Source: a virus
Taxonomy: Duplodnaviria > Caudoviricetes
Direction: 5' to 3' (one strand)
Length of the DNA: 49,874 nt
IMG/VR virus record: IMGVR_UViG_3300020294_000008
Span: 1-49,874 of that record
The position numbers and the translations under genes were made by a program. Shown here one piece after another: positions 44,781 through 49,874 of the stretch (its first letter is position 1; every line of letters starts with the position of its first letter). The notes below the pieces were generated by a model that saw nothing but the letters and a program-made list of their open reading frames with translations, had not been told where the DNA came from and did not search any database.

Positions 44781-44802
44781 TTTTGTAACATGTGTTACAA
44801 AA
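44781..44802. promoter_or_regulatory. NtcA-type binding site GTA-N8-TAC
   Basis: TTTTGTAACATGTGTTACAAAA near-perfect palindrome upstream of extended -10 TGtTACAAT (44751-44759, minus). Confidence 0.65.
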
Positions 44803-44842
44803 ATCCTGTGGATCAAAAAAATTCCCGACTTTTTTTTCCCAA

Positions 44843-45610
44843 TTATCTGAAACAAGAGTTCGGTTTTCCCTCAGGAATGCATTCCAAAACTTTTTCCCTT
44901 GGAAACCAACCGAGTTCACGCAAGGCAGTAGTGTCTGCACATGTAACATCTCTCTCGCCTGGTGTATGCTCCTTGACTGGTAGATTTGCTTGACCAAATG
45001 CTTCTGCTAATTCTCTGACTGTTATGGTTTCACCTGTTCCTACATCTATAGGTCCAGTGTGTGTACTAGTCATTAGATAACAGATTGCCCTAGCAACATC
45101 CTTAACATGGATCCAATCTCTTTTATGATTGGTAATATACTTAGCAGTCTTATCCTGTAGCATCCTGAATAACATATCAGATCTGCTGTTCTCACCATAT
45201 ACAGTCTGGAATCTCATCCCAACACTATTAGGTGGTGCTTGTAGTTCATTAACTTTCTTGGTTATACCATAAGGATTCTGCCACCACTCTTCTACCTGTG
45301 CTGAACTAGCATAGAGTAATCTGACATTATATCTCCTACAATAATCAAAGATAGGTTTAGACTTCTCTACATTATTCTCCCAGAATACATCAGGGTTATC
45401 TAAACTGCCTCTGATATTAGCAAATGCTGCAAGATGTATGACACAATCATATGGTTTGTCAAACATACCAATCTCAGACTGAAAATCCCCGACATCATCG
45501 GGGAAATCCATACCATCAACTGAGTAACCATAACCTGCATCATGTCTAAGGTGATTGAAGACATAACTGCCTATGAATCCCTCATGACCAGTAACAAGGA
45601 TCTTAGTCAT
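44843..45610 (-). CDS. NAD-dependent nucleotide-sugar epimerase/dehydratase (WcaG-like)
   Basis: ILVTGHEGFIG, IHLAA, YASSA, YGITK, RDWIHV.DV; start reassigned to MTKILV. Confidence 0.9.
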   Translation of the reverse strand: MTKILVTGHEGFIGSYVFNHLRHDAGYGYSVDGMDFPDDVGDFQSEIGMFDKPYDCVIHLAAFANIRGSLDNPDVFWENNVEKSKPIFDYCRRYNVRLLYASSAQVEEWWQNPYGITKKVNELQAPPNSVGMRFQTVYGENSRSDMLFRMLQDKTAKYITNHKRDWIHVKDVARAICYLMTSTHTGPIDVGTGETITVRELAEAFGQANLPVKEHTPGERDVTCADTTALRELGWFPREKVLECIPEGKPNSCFR

Positions 45611-45998
45611 TCTTTTTGCGTTTCTTTTTAGTTGGAACAGGAGCATTACCCCACATGGCAGGGTTTCTTGTGCCATTAGTGTATCCTATCTTCTTGAGAC
45701 CACCCTTAAGTTTGTCCCAATAGAAATCAAATACATCTGCTCTCTTACCAGCAATCACTATATCATAGTGCATCTTGTCAGAGTTATCAACAGTATACTC
45801 TACCAAATAAGAGTTGGTAGGTAATGTTTTAACATTAGATTTTTCCAATGAGCAGTCAGGTGCATGGATATTAATCCAATACTTTTCCTTTGCTAACTTC
45901 CTGTCTTCAGCACTCCAAGTTTTAGGTGCGTCCTCCCCAGACGATATCGGGGTAGGCTTCTTTAACGACTGGGAAGCTGACTCTGTATTTTTTGGCAA
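45603..45998 (-). CDS. conserved cyanophage hypothetical protein (start uncertain)
   Basis: KTLPTNSYLVEY..YDIV..FDFYWD..G.RNPAMWG. Confidence 0.65.
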   Translation of the reverse strand: MPKNTESASQSLKKPTPISSGEDAPKTWSAEDRKLAKEKYWINIHAPDCSLEKSNVKTLPTNSYLVEYTVDNSDKMHYDIVIAGKRADVFDFYWDKLKGGLKKIGYTNGTRNPAMWGNAPVPTKKKRKKND

Positions 45999-46371
45999 GT
46001 TTCTTGTCCTTTACTAAACATAATACTTCGGCTTCATCTGGTGATAGAGCCTCAAGGAGTTGAATAAACAATACCTCTCTTCGAGTGTTGTTTATATCAT
46101 AGTTACCCCCTTCAATAAAATTATACAGGGTTTTGTACTCTGATGCAAGTTTACTCTGAGATTCTGGAGTTGGTGAAGGATTGGGTTCATAAGGGACATC
46201 ACCTTCTGGCAATGCACTCTTAAGACTCTCATCATAATTCCAGATGAGACAATACCTAACTGCTTTAGAGTCGTACTCCCTGAGCACCTCTATCTTTTTC
46301 TGCTTAGTTTTTGCTTTGTGTGCAGCATCTAAAACTTCAGCAACAGTAGGTTTTGGTGGTAATTTAGCCAT
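45922..46371 (-). CDS. conserved T4-like hypothetical protein
   Basis: KKIEVL..WNYD..LPEGDVPY..RREVLFIQLLEAL..EAE.L..KDK. Confidence 0.75.
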   Translation of the reverse strand: MAKLPPKPTVAEVLDAAHKAKTKQKKIEVLREYDSKAVRYCLIWNYDESLKSALPEGDVPYEPNPSPTPESQSKLASEYKTLYNFIEGGNYDINNTRREVLFIQLLEALSPDEAEVLCLVKDKKLAKKYRVSFPVVKEAYPDIVWGGRT

Positions 46372-46385
46372 GATAATTTCAAAAG

Positions 46386-46616
46386 TTAATCGTCGTCGTC
46401 GTCTTCATCCACAAGGTTGTCGAATCTAAATGCAATCAGTGATTCGGGTATGATATTTCCATGTTCATCATACATTTCTGGATGTGATGGAGGATTTATG
46501 TTAGGTCTATCATGATGATAGAACATATACTCTCGGAGTACCCATCCTAACATGACTGATACAATCGCTGTTAAGATGATAAAAAATGATCCGAAGACCA
46601 AATATACTGGTAACAT
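46386..46616 (-). CDS. small membrane protein with acidic tail
   Basis: TM helix then HPEMYDEHGN..AFRF..DDDDD. Confidence 0.7.
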   Translation of the reverse strand: MLPVYLVFGSFFIILTAIVSVMLGWVLREYMFYHHDRPNINPPSHPEMYDEHGNIIPESLIAFRFDNLVDEDDDDD

Positions 46617-46675
46617 TTTCCTGCCTCTATAGGGTTTATAAAGTAAACTTTAATGCCCCTCCATGCTAATTAATT

Positions 46676-46930
46676 TTATTTAGCAGGTGCAGTTATGTTG
46701 TTTTCTTTAAAGTATACAGCAACTTCAGCAGCACCACCAATATGTTTACGACCATCTAAATGATCATGAACTACCTGTGGAAAATGCTTAGTACTAAACT
46801 CTGCTTCAAACTCATCAATAGTAAAGTGTTCATCAAGAGTATACACGACATAAGGTTGACTTGTCAAGTGCATTAATTGATGTACCTTATCACAATATCC
46901 ACAACCATTCATTGAATACACTATAAACAT
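46676..46930 (-). CDS. glutaredoxin
   Basis: VYSMNGCGYC..FPQV..HIGG; start reassigned to MFIVY. Confidence 0.85.
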   Translation of the reverse strand: MFIVYSMNGCGYCDKVHQLMHLTSQPYVVYTLDEHFTIDEFEAEFSTKHFPQVVHDHLDGRKHIGGAAEVAVYFKENNITAPAK

Positions 46931-47021
46931 AGGATTTTTCTCGCAATTACGCAGTTTTGTAGTTGAATCATAGAAATTACCATGATGAGCATGACTCTCT
47001 ATCATAATATCATAAAAAATT

Positions 47022-47029
47022 TATTTATA
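47022..47029 (-). promoter_or_regulatory. T4 late promoter TATAAATA
   Basis: Exact consensus overlapping the fibre-gene stop. Confidence 0.6.
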
Positions 47030-49301
47030 GGAATGTAGGTTCTCCGTCCTGACCTCCATACACAACTATATTAACATCTCGTAGGTCTTCTACGGCAGGT
47101 ATGAAGTTATAAATTGTAACACCAAATCCTGTTGATGTTCTGTCATATACTGTAGGAATAACTAAACCACCTGGAAAGTTGGTTGTACCTCTACCATCTA
47201 ACAGAACTGTGTAATTATTATCTGCCATCTCATCCGCAAAGTTCACCTTGTAAACACCAAGAGATTGTTGTTCAATAGAACTAACATTATGTGAGCGATC
47301 TCCAGGAACATAGTCACTGTTACCTACACCTAGGTTAGTATTCATATACCATGCAGTAGCACGACCCTCAAACATCTGAGTGTGTGTACATGTCTTCAAA
47401 CCTGCAAGGTTCTTATACTCCCCAACCTTCAAGAACTTATGGAACTCATTGTTGAATACTTGAATAGAGTTACCCATACTACCCATAGTAGTACCGATAC
47501 CACAACCATAATAGAATAACTGTGGTGTCTCTGAAGTAATTCCAATCTCTGTATAAGTTCCAGTTACAGTAACACCCTGAGTCATCTTAGAAGGACTGGT
47601 AGTACCAAACCCTACTGGATCACCTGAAGGATCATAATAAAACTCAAGAGGATAGTTTGCTTGCTGTGCAGCATTTTCAAATCTATATGTCTGTCCTACT
47701 TCAAATCTTAAGTAAGGTGAACTGTATCCTTGAATGTTAATTGATCTATCAGATCCAATACCATAGTACCTATGATCTGTAGTTTTACCACCAATGGTAA
47801 CAGGTAATGGTTTAAATGATCCTTGAAACTCTGTGTAAAGACTCTTAGCGGTCTCTGCAGCACCTGTTAAGGTAGAGAATGACGCAGACTGTGCGAAGTT
47901 GGCATTCAATGCATTAGAAGCGATCCCTGAGTTAGTTGCGAAGGTTGCTAGACCACACTTGTCAGAGTAACTAGCAATACCACAGATGTCAGCATGAGGA
48001 ACCTTCTGAACACTAATCGTTGTAATACCAGCAGATGTTGTAGTAACATCAAGACTTGTACTAAAGTTAACTGTCTGAGCAGTTCCTACATTACTTCCAC
48101 TATTCTGTACACCAATACCAGTTCCAGTAGCAACAACATTAGTTAATTGACTGCCATCACCATAGAACTTATCAGTTGTAGTGATAGGGTACATACTTTT
48201 TATTTCAAAAGTAGTAACAATACCTGATGCCATTGTAGCAGTGTCAGCATTACCTGAACATGCCAATGCATTAGTAGCTTCGGTTGCTACTCCAGCAACA
48301 ACTGCATAGTCAGCAACATCTGATGTATCTGAACGAGTAACAGCAACACCAACAGCAAGACTGTTAGCAGTCTGTGCAGTACCTACTAGGTTAGGAACAC
48401 TAATTGTTACAATACCAGCAGAGATAGGAGATACATCTAGGAATGCTCCAAAGTTAATAGTTGCAGCAACACCAACAGCAGAGTTCTCATCACTGATACT
48501 GACACCAAATCCTGCAGCAGTTACACCAGTCAATGCAGAACCATCACCAACAAATGCCGTGGCAGTTATAACACCAGTAGTATTAACAAACCCATCTGTC
48601 CCAACACCACTCGGTCCTTCAACAGTTGGTGCAGTATAAGCAGCAAATGCTACATCAGTTCTGGATGCTCTAGTAACTAAGGTTTGATCCTTAGCAATAC
48701 CAATATTATCTACGGTCAGTTCTTGAAGTGGATCTAACCTTAAACCAAAGACAAAGTAATCAGCAACATCAAAAGTACTAATATCACCTGAAGCAATACC
48801 TAATGAAATTGCAGCAGTTCTGTCAGAGTTTCTATTAGATACATGTATAGTTGCTACACCATCATAAGCAGCAGTTGCTAACCCAATGTTATCATTAATC
48901 TGGGGCCATGCAGTGCTACTAATAAAAGAATTCTGTCTACCTAATGACTTAGCAATATCTAATTTAATATTAGGAAACTTATTAGATCCTATTGCTACAA
49001 AACTTACACCAGGTTCTGATGATGAAACATATATCTTATCTCCTTCCTTTAAAGTTATGTCCTCATACAGTGCATTACCTCCCACTTCCATTGGGATACC
49101 ATACGCAAGGTAATCAGAGTCTGTGTTACCACTAACATCAGAAATAGAAATTGAATGTGTCAATTCCTCCTCTGTCTGATTCGCTGCCGACACAGAAAGA
49201 GTAACCAATTCGGTAGCAGTATACAATAAGGTATTAGTAACAGTACCTAATTGATAAGTCGTTTTTAACGATGCGAGTCTTCCTATCACGGCTCTATGCA
49301 C
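47025..49301 (-). CDS. virion structural/tail fibre-like protein
   Basis: GVITATAFVGDGS.LT repeats; C-terminal ATAW..NVSSI..GVYKVNF domain; ATAAATA at 49311-49317. Confidence 0.75.
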   Translation of the reverse strand: MHRAVIGRLASLKTTYQLGTVTNTLLYTATELVTLSVSAANQTEEELTHSISISDVSGNTDSDYLAYGIPMEVGGNALYEDITLKEGDKIYVSSSEPGVSFVAIGSNKFPNIKLDIAKSLGRQNSFISSTAWPQINDNIGLATAAYDGVATIHVSNRNSDRTAAISLGIASGDISTFDVADYFVFGLRLDPLQELTVDNIGIAKDQTLVTRASRTDVAFAAYTAPTVEGPSGVGTDGFVNTTGVITATAFVGDGSALTGVTAAGFGVSISDENSAVGVAATINFGAFLDVSPISAGIVTISVPNLVGTAQTANSLAVGVAVTRSDTSDVADYAVVAGVATEATNALACSGNADTATMASGIVTTFEIKSMYPITTTDKFYGDGSQLTNVVATGTGIGVQNSGSNVGTAQTVNFSTSLDVTTTSAGITTISVQKVPHADICGIASYSDKCGLATFATNSGIASNALNANFAQSASFSTLTGAAETAKSLYTEFQGSFKPLPVTIGGKTTDHRYYGIGSDRSINIQGYSSPYLRFEVGQTYRFENAAQQANYPLEFYYDPSGDPVGFGTTSPSKMTQGVTVTGTYTEIGITSETPQLFYYGCGIGTTMGSMGNSIQVFNNEFHKFLKVGEYKNLAGLKTCTHTQMFEGRATAWYMNTNLGVGNSDYVPGDRSHNVSSIEQQSLGVYKVNFADEMADNNYTVLLDGRGTTNFPGGLVIPTVYDRTSTGFGVTIYNFIPAVEDLRDVNIVVYGGQDGEPTFL

Positions 49302-49350
49302 TTTTTTTAGTATTTATCTGTGCTAGAATATATACAGTAAAGATTTTAGT

Positions 49351-49874
49351 ATGTATATTCTTACTGGGGCTGATGGATTCATTGGAAAACACTTCAAGAA
49401 ATCTCTTGATGGTGTAGTTGAAGTTGAAATAGATAAATGCTTTGACTTCTTTGACAATTTTAAGAGTTGGGACAAAATAGATATGATCATCCATCAGGGT
49501 GCATTGTCCTCAACGACAAACCAAAACCTTGAGATGGTATACAAATATAATATTGATTATAGTATCAAATTATTTGAGAAAGCAATTGAGTATGGTATCC
49601 CTGTTAAGTATGCCAGTTCAGCATCTGTCTATGGTAATCAACAAGGCATTATAAATCCCCTGAACTATTACGCATTATCAAAAGCAACAGTAGATTACTG
49701 GGTCTTAGATAATATAGATCGCTTTAGATATATTCAGGGGTTTAGATACTTTAATGTATATGGTGACGGTGAGCATCATAAAGGACAGATGGCATCACTA
49801 GTCAGTCAGTTCCAATGGCAAGCAGCTACTGGTCAAATACATCCGTTTGAAGGGAGCGATCAGATACTGAGGGA
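49351..49874 (+). CDS. gmhD: ADP-L-glycero-D-manno-heptose 6-epimerase-like, partial (runs off window)
   Basis: MYILTGADGFIG..IIHQGALSSTT..YASSASVYG..PLNYYALSK..GFRYFNVYG..HKGQMAS. Confidence 0.85.
   Translation, partial: MYILTGADGFIGKHFKKSLDGVVEVEIDKCFDFFDNFKSWDKIDMIIHQGALSSTTNQNLEMVYKYNIDYSIKLFEKAIEYGIPVKYASSASVYGNQQGIINPLNYYALSKATVDYWVLDNIDRFRYIQGFRYFNVYGDGEHHKGQMASLVSQFQWQAATGQIHPFEGSDQILR

Noticed and set aside
44814-44842. A/T tracts after the epimerase as a terminator
   Set aside because: No convincing stem; only short TTCCC direct repeats
1-49874. tRNA genes, introns or inteins
   Set aside because: No cloverleaf or T-loop signature noticed; intergenic gaps are tiny and core genes (thyX, phoH, gp32) are of normal uninterrupted length

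Overview
AT-rich segment of a T4-like marine cyanomyophage (P-SSM2/S-SM2-like, Kyanoviridae-type gene content), mostly encoded on the minus strand. It contains: (i) an accessory block (1-7.2 kb) with three 2OG-Fe(II) oxygenases, a HinP1I/MspI-like endonuclease, a tandem pair of flavin-dependent halogenase homologues and a ligase-like protein; (ii) tail fibre/adhesin genes (7.2-17.1 kb), including a gp38-like protein with long Gly-X-Pro tracts; (iii) a cluster of exported/membrane proteins with a long convergent overlap (17.1-21.5 kb); (iv) baseplate/tail core genes (gp5, gp27-like, gp51, gp26, gp54, gp4, gp2, gp48, gp53) interrupted by the auxiliary genes cp12-like and ho1; (v) gp32, DUF1825, gp33, exonuclease, phoH, thyX; (vi) a putative nitrogen-sensing module (NtcA box, tandem glutamine-riboswitch-like aptamers with a 54-codon ORF nested inside the second aptamer, and a DUF4278-like peptide); (vii) sugar epimerases, a glutaredoxin and another fibre protein. 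No tRNA, rRNA, CRISPR array or IS element was seen. Product calls rest on motif recognition by eye, not on database searches.
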